In this document: in pieces, positions 12,640 to 22,126 of the stretch
Layout: every line of letters begins with the position of its first letter
Position numbering within the stretch: the first letter of the stretch is position 1
Source: Flectonema sp. DT1601
Taxonomy: Eukaryota
Length of the DNA: 64,000 bases
Reading direction: 5' to 3'
Assembly: GCA_964019425.1 (NCBI GenBank)
Contig: OZ025800.1
Span: forward strand, 1-64,000
Translations under genes and position numbers: made by a program
Notes under the pieces: generated by a model
Databases searched by the model: none
Told to the model about the DNA's origin: nothing
What the model saw: the letters and a program-made list of their open reading frames with translations, nothing else

Positions 12640-15441
12640 CTACTTACGAAGGGGTGAAGGTGTGACCAAGTAATGGCGGTCGGCCATGGCCCGGCTACCA
12701 CCACCCCCACGCAAGTCAAAGAAACGCCCCAACGCAAGTGCTGCCTCGGAACGTTGTTGTTTGATATTAGCGCCGTCAGGACAAATGCGAGACGGAAAAT
12801 CTGCTGGATTGCATTTTGTAGAAACCCAGTTGAGCCTATAAGTGCATTGTAGTCTATTAAGATGATTCATAATGTAATTTACTTGTCTGTTGAGTGCCAT
12901 GGAACGGACTGACATGCCCTTCTTTGTTGAGTATAAGACGGTTGTATTATCCACGTAAATATCCAAATGTGATGCTTTCGAGATCGATCGAAGCGTAGAA
13001 GTAAGAGCAGTGGCCTCAAGGACGTTGATATGCTCACTACTTTCCTTCTCAGTCCATCGTGCCCCCAGGATGTCCATCTCATAATTATGATCAAAGATCA
13101 CAGCTCCCCAGCCCTTCATGGAAGCGTCGACGAAGATCATCCTAGAATCATCATCATCATCATCTCTCTTCGTTTCCCCTACATGTACGTTCCGTGTTGT
13201 TAGTACCTCCTTAGACCAGTTTGAAATTTCCTTCCTAACTGAGCTGGGGATGGGCACCACGTGTTCAGTCTGAACGACCCCACGGTTTAATGAATTCGTG
13301 ACCCTGCGAAAAAACTTTAGCGCAAACCAGTATTTACCAGGATGTATGTGAGTAATTGCCGAAGCATGTAGGAGGCGACCAGCTAAGCTTTCGATCTTCT
13401 CCGCGGTGATGTTATCGAGGCAAGTATTAAGTATCCTCCTGCGTAGCTTTTCGGCGACGGCAACAGTACACCTAGTATGGTCAAACCTTACACCAAGAAA
13501 GTCGTATTCTTTAGCGAGTTCCTGAGTTTCTTCTTGCTTCCAAGTCACGTTACAACGTCTCGCCACCTCATTTATTCTTGCTGTTGCCTCATTTACACAC
13601 CCGAATGAGCCAGTTATCCTGATATTGTCAATCCAAATATCGGTAACTACCCCCCGATATGTGAAAGCAGGCTTGGCAAATGTAGGATCGCCTGCAACAG
13701 TTGCTGTTAGAGAATGCATAATCTCAGGTGCCGCCATATGTCCCATCGGCAACCTGGTTAGCTCAAACCACTCCCCTCGCTCATCCTGGAATCTGAAATA
13801 TTTCCTAGAGCGCTCAGGTATGGAAACCTGGTAAAACCCCGTCTTCAAGTCCCATTGGGATGATGTCTCCCTCGTCACTTGAGAGAGGTACTGAGCAATG
13901 TGCTCCAAGGGAACCTTCGGCTTGTACCCGAGTTCGTGCATCATCAAGTTGGCCTCCTTCGTCCACAAGATGAATCGCTGCCGAGTTCCAGTTATCCGTT
14001 CTTCAAGTATTGTAAAGGGTATTGATTCCAATATCCCGGGGCTGCTTGTTTGGGTTGCAACCCCTGCCTCTACTAGCCGGCGTGCATGCTGAGACTGCAG
14101 ACAAGACTCCCTATGACTCTTTTTATACTGATGGCTTTGGTGAGTACCTTGCCGACACGGGTTGAACGTAAGGTCCCATACCTCTTCAAACCTCCTGCGT
14201 GTCCCATCAGTCATCATCCGTTTTACCTCTTGAACGTCAATGGTCCCCACTTCCTTTACGTGTAGAGGCGTCGCCCTCTCTTCCTCGGTTGAAGGGAGGC
14301 GAGTGGTCTTCGACTTCCGAGTGAAGTTCTGCATAAGTCTCCGCGCAGTTCTTGGAATTACAAATGTTGGGTTATGCGGCTTGTGTTCAGGGAGAGAGCC
14401 AGCGACCTGTCCGACCCTGCATATCTTAACGTCGTTTCTGATATCTGCTGGTTTGCCGTTTCGTGTTTGGCTAGTCGACTTATGAGCATCAGCGGAATAA
14501 CTAATCCTGTCTGTTTCTTCTCGAAAATGAACTTTATTGCACCGCGTTTTATGCTGTGAGCACTGTAATTTTCCATGCGAGAATCCTTCTTCCAAAGTCC
14601 TGTGAGCTTTGCAGTGTCGACTTTTGTTAAACGATCGAAGAATCCCAACCTCATGATGGCTCTGTATATCTCCTCCGTCCATCTTCCGGTGATTACCGCG
14701 AACCTTGAAGCCGTGTACGGATTCTCCCTCTTTCCCTTCGGAATCTGGTTCCAGTCCACAATTACTGTTAAAGGGTCGCATTGAATGAAGCTGCCCGAGG
14801 ACAGCGCCGCGACCTCCCCCCAGCGAGACATTGTTTTCCAGGCAATCATTGCGGCGGTTGAAACCCCTAGCTCCTGTGTTTGACACCATTCTTCCAGGAT
14901 TCCCCTTGGGATCGGAGTTGCTTGTGACTCGGGCACCGTAGCACCGTCTGCCCTTAGGGCCACCTGAAGGCTCCTGAGGGGTTGGTTTTCCATCCCGAGG
15001 TGTTTCATAATACCCGACAATGCCTTTGCGTAGTTTAGTAAACTTTGTGACTTCGCCCCTGTAGCGGTTACGAATAAGACCGCAGAATTTGCATCCATGG
15101 GTAGGCTCCTGTCGGTGACCCACTTCACATACCTCGACCATAATCGTTTTCTCTGGTCGATGGTAGACACCGCCCACATCTTTCTTACGATGGCGCGTAC
15201 CCGCTTCTCTGCTGCCTTTATGGTGACTTCGTCTTCTGATTGAGTCCTTCTTGTTGGTCTGCGTTGCAAGATCTGTAAAGTTGCTTGCTCCATTATTCCT
15301 TTTCCTTTGACCAACTCGTCTTGCCGCATTTTGGCGATCATGCTCCCGGTTTTTTTGCTTAATAAAGTTATACTTGGCCGGGTCCAAGTAAACTTCCTTT
15401 CCCGTACTGCGATTCAATTTTTCCGCACCTGCTGGGGCCAA
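12640..15441 (-). CDS. Reverse transcriptase + RNase H of family 2
   Basis: DLKTGFYQV, LPMG, IWIDNI, FLGV, FVDAS, HINVLE, VDNT, NPADFPSR. Confidence 0.92.
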   Translation of the reverse strand: MAPAGAEKLNRSTGKEVYLDPAKYNFIKQKNREHDRQNAARRVGQRKRNNGASNFTDLATQTNKKDSIRRRSHHKGSREAGTRHRKKDVGGVYHRPEKTIMVEVCEVGHRQEPTHGCKFCGLIRNRYRGEVTKFTKLRKGIVGYYETPRDGKPTPQEPSGGPKGRRCYGARVTSNSDPKGNPGRMVSNTGARGFNRRNDCLENNVSLGGGRGAVLGQLHSMRPFNSNCGLEPDSEGKEGESVHGFKVRGNHRKMDGGDIQSHHEVGILRSFNKSRHCKAHRTLEEGFSHGKLQCSQHKTRCNKVHFREETDRISYSADAHKSTSQTRNGKPADIRNDVKICRVGQVAGSLPEHKPHNPTFVIPRTARRLMQNFTRKSKTTRLPSTEEERATPLHVKEVGTIDVQEVKRMMTDGTRRRFEEVWDLTFNPCRQGTHQSHQYKKSHRESCLQSQHARRLVEAGVATQTSSPGILESIPFTILEERITGTRQRFILWTKEANLMMHELGYKPKVPLEHIAQYLSQVTRETSSQWDLKTGFYQVSIPERSRKYFRFQDERGEWFELTRLPMGHMAAPEIMHSLTATVAGDPTFAKPAFTYRGVVTDIWIDNIRITGSFGCVNEATARINEVARRCNVTWKQEETQELAKEYDFLGVRFDHTRCTVAVAEKLRRRILNTCLDNITAEKIESLAGRLLHASAITHIHPGKYWFALKFFRRVTNSLNRGVVQTEHVVPIPSSVRKEISNWSKEVLTTRNVHVGETKRDDDDDDSRMIFVDASMKGWGAVIFDHNYEMDILGARWTEKESSEHINVLEATALTSTLRSISKASHLDIYVDNTTVLYSTKKGMSVRSMALNRQVNYIMNHLNRLQCTYRLNWVSTKCNPADFPSRICPDGANIKQQRSEAALALGRFFDLRGGGGSRAMADRHYLVTPSPLRK
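14358..15341 (-). CDS. Tyrosine recombinase of family 2
   Basis: TMSRWGEV, IPKG, AHSIKRG, LAKH, TLRY; in frame with gag. Confidence 0.9.
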   Translation of the reverse strand: MIAKMRQDELVKGKGIMEQATLQILQRRPTRRTQSEDEVTIKAAEKRVRAIVRKMWAVSTIDQRKRLWSRYVKWVTDRSLPMDANSAVLFVTATGAKSQSLLNYAKALSGIMKHLGMENQPLRSLQVALRADGATVPESQATPIPRGILEEWCQTQELGVSTAAMIAWKTMSRWGEVAALSSGSFIQCDPLTVIVDWNQIPKGKRENPYTASRFAVITGRWTEEIYRAIMRLGFFDRLTKVDTAKLTGLWKKDSRMENYSAHSIKRGAIKFIFEKKQTGLVIPLMLISRLAKHETANQQISETTLRYAGSDRSLALSLNTSRITQHL

Positions 15442-16760
15442 CGGCCTGGACCTAAAAAAGCCTTCGTTGGCTTTGGTTTCGGGGTCCAGGTGTTCTTATT
15501 TTTCTTCGAAGCTTTTTGAATTGACCTGTCGATGTAGTCGTGTTGATTGGCTTCCATTTCCGTCAATACATCGCTGAGCCTGGCCCCCCGTACAACATAT
15601 CCTTGTTGTACACGAAGCAGCGATAGACTCCTATTTCCCAAGCTAACCATTTCAGGCATCCCCTCCCAGGAGTTTACCTGTTCTGCCACCCTAATCCAGT
15701 CTACAAGCATTTCGAAATATGCGAGTAGTACTCGGTCACCTGGTTTGACGGTGGTACAACCGTTGGTGTATTTAAAACGCAAGTCTCTAATGAGACCGGT
15801 CGCGTCCTCCTCAATGGCATCTTTCCATTGTAAGACATCCTTCGAGTCCTCGATTCTCTTAGTTGTAAAGAAAACCTTCGTTTGTGTTGGGGACGTCTGT
15901 AATGTGGGAGCATCCTCCGGAACATTTCTGTTTGCAATTGCCGTCAGCCTGTCCACTCGTTCGTCCGAAGCGGCAGATTGTTCGAGCCCCGTCACCGATT
16001 GAGAGGTAGACCTCTTCGCGGCATTCTCCAAACTCTTCAAGATCCTGTCGATCTTTTTATCCTGGGCTACAGCCATTTCACGATTTTCGGTAATGGCCCC
16101 CCGCATCTTCGCCATCTCCGAATGTTGATCCCTGATCGCTGAATCAGTCATCCCAGCCAAATTGCTTGTATTCTGGCCTTGGCGAGATAATTCGTCGGCA
16201 ATAATGGCGTGTCCCTGCTCCAATGCCTGTTGACGGTTTCTCACGTTAACAGTTTCATGCTCCAATACAGTCTGTCTCTGCCCCGCTGAATTCAAAGCTT
16301 GCGAGGTAACTTGTTCAAGAACCGCTTGCCTCTGCACGGTGTTTGATACCACTTGGCTCGCACCCTCCATAACATGGTGAAACTCCGTACGGGAGACGGG
16401 TAAACCCTCCGTCACCCCACATGCTCGTAGCATTTCATCGAATCTCTGCACATTCCTGTTTCGCAGATGTGAGAGCATAACTTCCTTTGGCCTCATCGCT
16501 ATTCCTTGCAACGAGTCTCTCGAAACACCCAGGAAGGCCATCAACATATCATTAATGATGCTCTCAGCTTGATGCTGTACACACCATCCCCCTAAGTTCA
16601 TTCTTACGTCATCCATTTTGTATGTACCTCGTTTTAACTCCTCTTCGCCGAAAGTGCTTTTCCAAGCATCTTCCAAACTTGAAGGAAATCTAAAATCGTA
16701 CGTACTTATTACAGTCGAGGGGGATGGTTGGTCGATTATCATAGGCGTTTGTTGATCCAT
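15414..16760 (-). CDS. Gag-like ORF1 of family 2
   Basis: 448-aa ORF whose ATG abuts the end of A1. Coiled-coil-like middle. Assignment is positional. Confidence 0.75.
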   Translation of the reverse strand: MDQQTPMIIDQPSPSTVISTYDFRFPSSLEDAWKSTFGEEELKRGTYKMDDVRMNLGGWCVQHQAESIINDMLMAFLGVSRDSLQGIAMRPKEVMLSHLRNRNVQRFDEMLRACGVTEGLPVSRTEFHHVMEGASQVVSNTVQRQAVLEQVTSQALNSAGQRQTVLEHETVNVRNRQQALEQGHAIIADELSRQGQNTSNLAGMTDSAIRDQHSEMAKMRGAITENREMAVAQDKKIDRILKSLENAAKRSTSQSVTGLEQSAASDERVDRLTAIANRNVPEDAPTLQTSPTQTKVFFTTKRIEDSKDVLQWKDAIEEDATGLIRDLRFKYTNGCTTVKPGDRVLLAYFEMLVDWIRVAEQVNSWEGMPEMVSLGNRSLSLLRVQQGYVVRGARLSDVLTEMEANQHDYIDRSIQKASKKNKNTWTPKPKPTKAFLGPGRWPQQVRKN

Positions 16761-17041
16761 TTTAAATTATTAAATTAATTTAAAGATGCAAGAATGCCTG
16801 GAAAGGCAGATAGGCATAAACGAATCAATCGTAATGCACTATAAAAAAGATGGAAGAAACAAGTGGTCGTATTATACTATAGGCTCGACGAATCAATCAT
16901 GTTGCACTATAATAAAATAAATGGTAAGACTGCTCACATTAAGAACTGATAAGACAATGGATTGCTACATAGAAATTTGTATCATAAGAATAAAGTGGTG
17001 AACTACAGCGCTGATCCTGAGAGATTCCCATATTGGTGTTA

Positions 17042-17164
17042 GGGTTTGCGGGTTTGCGGGTTTGCGGGTTTGCGGGTTTGCGGGTTTGCGGGTTTGCGGG
17101 TTTGCGGGTTTGCGGGTTTGCGGGTTTGCGGGTTTGCGGGTTTGCGGGTTTGCGGGTTTGCGGG
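17042..17164 (+). repeat. (TTTGCGGG)n short array
   Basis: Direct reading. Confidence 0.97.
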
Positions 17165-17695
17165 GAACCGCTCGGCATTCTCAGTGAAGTACTGTTGAAA
17201 AGGAAAAGTCATAAAGGAGAGTCTGATAAAAACAATCACACGAATTAACCACATAACAAGATACTAGCATCATAAGCCTCATGTCGTCTTAGCTTTCCCA
17301 TTTTCTCAGCTGAATAAAATGATGATGAGAAAGACAAAGGAGAACCAAGTTAACACGAAGCAACTCATTCACGAAGGGGTAATGGGAAAACGGCACCGCA
17401 TGCTTGTACAATTGCATGTTCGACCACGGCCTAAAATCGGCCGGGGGAAAGGTTGGCACCGTCACAGGGGTAGGGCGGGTGGGAAAACGCTTTGCGTTAA
17501 GACCCTTCCTAGCCTGAATAAATGAGTACAATGAAATATTGATAAGAGAACAGTAAAATGATAAATCTGAAATAATAACAAGAGAACAAAAATGATACTT
17601 AAACAACATTTAATGTTGATTAATGAAAAGGAAAATATTATAAGAGTATATCGTACTTCACTTGCCTTTTGTGCAGTTCCCAGTCTGAGTGTTGG
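17163..17695 (-). mobile_element. Solo A-spacer-B remnant of family 1 (solo-LTR analogue)
   Basis: Full B (17163-17462) + G-rich spacer + A (17484-17695). Near-identical to the family-1 repeats, no ORFs, both ends at the octamer GGG. Confidence 0.9.
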
Positions 17696-17943
17696 TTTGC
17701 GGGTTTGCGGGTTTGCGGGTTTGCGGGTTTGCGGGTTTGCGGGTTTGCGGGTTTGCGGGTTTGCGGGTTTGCGGGTTTGCGGGTTTGCGGGTTTGCGGGT
17801 TTGCGGGTTTGCGGGTTTGCGGGTTTGCGGGTTTGCGGGTTTGCGGGTTTGCGGGTTTGCGGGTTTGCGGGTTTGCGGGTTTGCGGGTTTGCGGGTTTGC
17901 GGGTTTGCGGGTTTGCGGGTTTGCGGGTTTGCGGGTTTGCGGG
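17694..17943 (+). repeat. (TTTGCGGG)n short array
   Basis: Direct reading. Confidence 0.97.
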
Positions 17944-20574
17944 GAATCACCTTTTAGGATCTGCCATAGTTCTTTTGATGGAAATTAAGGGAGTAGAAAA
18001 TAAGATAAAGCAAGTTATAAAAACCATAACCTTGCAATGGAGACGTTGACACGTACTAAGTTTACTTGATTGACAATTCTTTCACAATCTGCAGATGCTT
18101 TCTTTATTAAGACAAAGAAATAACAACTAAGAAAGGAATAATAATACTTACGAAGGGGTGAGGGTGACCAAGTAATGGCGGTCGGCGACGGCCCGGCCGG
18201 GGGTTAAGGGAGGGCGGGAATTTAAAAGAAATTTAATTTATTTAAAGGATGCAAAATTGCCTGGATAAAGGCAGATAGGCATAACGAATCAATCGCATAG
18301 CACTATATAAAATGATAAGACGGTAAAACATGATAAGATAGTAAACTACGGCCGATCCCGGGAGATTCCCATATTGGTGTTAGGGGAATCACCTTTTAGG
18401 ATCTGCCATAGTTCTTTTGATGGAACTTAAGGGAGTAGAAAATAAGATAAAGCAAGTTATAAAAACCATAACCTTGCAATGGAGACGTTGACACGTACTA
18501 AGTTTACTTGATTGACAATTCTTTCACAATCTGCAGATGCTTTCTTTATTAAGACAAAGAAATAACAACTAAGAAAGGAATAATAATACTTACGAAGGGG
18601 TGAGGGTGACCAAGTAATGGCGGTCGGCGACGGCCCGGCTACCACCACCCCCACGCAAGTCGAAGAAACGCCCCAGCGCAAGTACTGCTTCGGAGCGTTG
18701 TTGTTTAATGTTGTTGCTGTTAGGGCAAATACGAGACGGAAAATCTGCTGGGTTGCATTTTGTAGATACCCAGTTTAGTTTATAAGTGCATTGCAGTCTA
18801 TTAAGATGATTAATAATGTAATTAACTTGTCTGTTGAGAGCCATTGAACGAACAGACATACCCTTCTTTGTTGAGTATAGAACAGTCGTGTTATCTACGT
18901 AGATATCTAAGTGTGATATCTTCGAAATCGTTCGGAGTGTAGATGAAAGGGCAGTAGCCTCCAGCACGTTGATATGTTCACTACTTTCCTTTTTAGTCCA
19001 CTGTTCTCCCAGTATAGTCATCTCATAATTTTGATCAAAGATTACGGCTCCCCAGCCCTTCATAGATGCATCGACAAAGATCATCTTAGAATCATCTCGC
19101 CGGCTGTCCCCGGCGCGTATGCTCCGTGTCGTCAGCACCTCCTTCGACCAGTTGGATATGTCGCTCCTTACTGATCTGGGAATGGGCACTTCTTGTTCTG
19201 TCTGAACGACACCACGATTCAACGAGTTAGTGACCCTTCGGAAGAATTTTAGTGCAAACCAGTACTTACCTGGATGTACGCGAGTAATCGCCGAAGCGTG
19301 TAAAAGGCGACCTGCTAAGCTTTCGATTTTCTCGGATGTAATGTTATCAAGGCAAGTATTCAGTATCCTCTTGCGAAGCTTCTCAGCAACAGCAACAGTA
19401 CACTCATTATGATTAAACCTTACACCGAGAAAATCATACTCCTTAGCAAGCTCCTGAGTTTCTTCCTGCTTCCATGTCACGTTGCAGCGTTTTGCCACTT
19501 CGTTAATTCTAGTTGTTGCATCGGATACATGCCTGCATGAACCAGTAACCCTAATGTTGTCGATCCACACGTCAGTAACGATCCCTCGGTGCGTGAAACA
19601 GGGCTTGGTAAAAGTAGGTTCGCCTGCGACAGTTGCTGTCAGCGAGTGCATAATCTCAGGTGCTGCCATATGTCCCATCGGCAACCTGGTAAGCTCAAAC
19701 CACTCCCCTCGCTCATCTTGAAATCTAAAATATTTCCTCGAGCGCTCAGGTATTGATACCTGGTAAAACCCAGTCTTCAAGTCCCATTGAGACGATGTCT
19801 CCCTTGTAACTTGAGAAAGGTATTGGGATACATGCCCCAAAGGAACCCGCGGCTTGTACCCAAGATCGTGCATCATCCTGTTGGCCTCTTTCGTCCACAA
19901 GATGAACCGTTGTCGAATCCCAGCCTGCCGTTCTTCGAGGATAGTGAAGGGTATCGACTCGAGTATCCCGGGGCCGTCGGCTAGGGTTGCAACCCCTGCC
20001 TCCACCAGTCGTCGCGCATGTTCCGACTGCAGACTAGACTCCTTATGGCTCTTCTTGTACCCAATGGTCCCTTGTCCCTTCGGATTAAAGGTTTGGTCCC
20101 AGACCTCTTCGAACCTCCTGCGGGTACCTTCAGTCATCATCTTCTTCACTTCTTCAACATCGATGGTCCCCACTTCCTTGACATGAAGAGGTGCCGCCTT
20201 CTCCTCGTCAGTTGTAGGGAGTCGTGTGGTCTTCGACTTCCGAGTGAAATTCTGCATAAGTCTCCGGGCAGTCCTTGGAGCTACAGATGTTGTGTTACTC
20301 GGGCTGTACGTAGTGAAAGAGCCAGCCCCCTGGTCGATCCTGCGTATCTTAGCGTTGTCTCTGATATCTGTTGGTTTGCCGTCTCGTGTTTCGCTAATCG
20401 ACTTATCAATTTAAAAGAAATTTAATTTATTTAAAGGATGCAAAATTGCCTGGATAAAGGCAGATAGGCATAACGAATCAATCGCATAGCACTATATAAA
20501 ATGATAAGACGGTAAAACATGATAAGATAGTAAACTACGGCCGATCCCGGGAGATTCCCATATTGGTGTTAGGG
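17941..20574 (-). mobile_element. Internally deleted family-2 variant (2b) YR retrotransposon
   Basis: B2 17941-18197, spacer, A2 18219-18386, B1 18383-18639, RT/RH, then the 3' end of YR to ~20407 joined directly to A1 20408-20574. gag and most of YR are missing. Confidence 0.9.
18590..20257 (-). CDS. RT/RNase H core ORF of the deleted family-2b copy
   Basis: 555 aa, highly similar to the C-terminal part of 12640-15441; VWIDNI, FVDAS, NPADFPSR. Confidence 0.85.
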   Translation of the reverse strand: MQNFTRKSKTTRLPTTDEEKAAPLHVKEVGTIDVEEVKKMMTEGTRRRFEEVWDQTFNPKGQGTIGYKKSHKESSLQSEHARRLVEAGVATLADGPGILESIPFTILEERQAGIRQRFILWTKEANRMMHDLGYKPRVPLGHVSQYLSQVTRETSSQWDLKTGFYQVSIPERSRKYFRFQDERGEWFELTRLPMGHMAAPEIMHSLTATVAGEPTFTKPCFTHRGIVTDVWIDNIRVTGSCRHVSDATTRINEVAKRCNVTWKQEETQELAKEYDFLGVRFNHNECTVAVAEKLRKRILNTCLDNITSEKIESLAGRLLHASAITRVHPGKYWFALKFFRRVTNSLNRGVVQTEQEVPIPRSVRSDISNWSKEVLTTRSIRAGDSRRDDSKMIFVDASMKGWGAVIFDQNYEMTILGEQWTKKESSEHINVLEATALSSTLRTISKISHLDIYVDNTTVLYSTKKGMSVRSMALNRQVNYIINHLNRLQCTYKLNWVSTKCNPADFPSRICPNSNNIKQQRSEAVLALGRFFDLRGGGGSRAVADRHYLVTLTPS

Positions 20575-20739
20575 TTTGCGGGTTTGCGGGTTTGCGGGTT
20601 TGCGGGTTTGCGGGTTTGCGGGTTTGCGGGTTTGCGGGTTTGCGGGTTTGCGGGTTTGCGGGTTTGCGGGTTTGCGGGTTTGCGGGTTTGCGGGTTTGCG
20701 GGTTTGCGGGTTTGCGGGTTTGCGGGTTTGCGGGTTTGC
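20572..20739 (+). repeat. (TTTGCGGG)n innermost array
   Basis: Direct reading. Confidence 0.97.
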
Positions 20740-20895
20740 AGGTCGGCATCCAGACTGTCTACACCGGACAGCCCCATCGCTTCCTGGAACCTTCTGTTCC
20801 TTGCCTCCAGGGACACCTTCATCCGTCCCACTTCACCAAGTATCGCCTTGGCTTTTCCGGCGATACTTGCTGGTACCGAAAAATCATAATAAGAA
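20738..20895 (-). pseudogene. Relic of a family-1-related gag 5' region
   Basis: Translates YYDFSVPASIAGKAKAILGEVGRMKVSLEARNRRFQEAMGLSGVDS, versus family-1 YFYFSVPSSVMEKVRPLLGDVSRMKVSLTARNRRFQAAMGLSGSDS. Frameshift before WMPTC, in-frame stop upstream, cut off by the array. Confidence 0.85.
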
Positions 20896-22126
20896 CTTCA
20901 GTTTCTTCATGTCCGCATATTGATATTCCAGTTTCTACCAGTGTCACCAGATGCGAGCAGACCGTGCACCTCTCTATTCAGATCCTCTAACGTAAGATCA
21001 ACTATTGGTTTGGTTTTCTGTGTTGGTGATTCATGTAGAAGGTTGGGAAATGTATGTCAAAACGTTCGATTCTCACCTGTGAGGTGTTTGGCCTCATTTC
21101 GAATCGACCAGATTTTTATAAAACTTATGAGTACCTAATATTGTCTCGAAAATTAACCATAGAAAAAGACGAACACCAGGAAGGGTGTCTTTTTGATTTA
21201 CTTCTAGTGGTGTCGTGGGGTATTTGATTGGAATTTTCCTTTGACTTTTTATGTTGTGGTGATGCGGGGTCAGCCGCTGTAATTTCAACAGTATCCTCTG
21301 TATCATCGGTAGTGGTATTTTCCTCCGACACTTGGCTTTTACCTCTCTTAGTAACTCTACCAGTTGGTTTAGACCTTAGATTTGGTATTACCATCATCAA
21401 TGTGAGAGCTAATGAAGCGGAGGCATGCTGCTCTGATATTGTCAGATTTATAGCCCCGGTTGAGTAATCTATATGTTAGTTCTTGTAAAAAATCTGCTTA
21501 AACGAATCCATCGTTTATTTGTGTTAGTGATCTCTATTCGGATACGAATTCCTATATAAGAGACATTATTTGAAGTATCAGTGTGATCCATTGAGTACAG
21601 GCTTGCTAGTGGAGGGTCGCAACTCCAGGTGAGGAAGTCGTTGATGTATCTACACGAGTGGTCATGTTGCCGAGCTAAGTCTAAATTTTTTGCAATCGAT
21701 AAATGCGGATTCAACCCTGTAGCAGTAGAGATTTGCTATATCGCTACTGGCGTTGCCACCCATTGGAATGCCTATTGTTTGACTCCAAATATAACCCCTT
21801 AATGCAATAAAGCGAATGCAAACAACTCTTAGTTAGAGAGTCCGACATACAATTGAGTACCGGTTAGAAAGACACGACAGGGTGGAACGGTTAACCACTT
21901 GTATGTCCCCAATACTACAACATTATGTCAAACCTAATGAGAGGATCACTTTTTTAGCTCTAGCGAGGAATTCTAATGTTCGAGAGACCCGAATACCTCA
22001 ATGTTTCGGCCTTAACCGGTTATAATCAATTTATAAACGTCCCATAGGTGCACGCAAAGAGCTGTGAATGAATGATAGTTAATTCCATTTCTCTATCGCC
22101 GTAAAAAGAGCAGAACATTTCGAAGC

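Larger units (their letters stand above)
11813..17044 (-). mobile_element. YR retrotransposon family 2, complete copy
   Basis: A1 16759-17044 = A2 12124-12410; B1 12407-12695 = B2 11813-12101. Uninterrupted gag, YR and RT/RH ORFs. Both ends lie at the GGG of the octamer. Confidence 0.95.

Noticed and set aside
20920..21960. Short ORFs and a GGATCACTTTTTTAG match (~21945) to the family-2 B start
   Set aside because: Possibly decayed element sequence, but the match is too short and no protein homology is recognisable.
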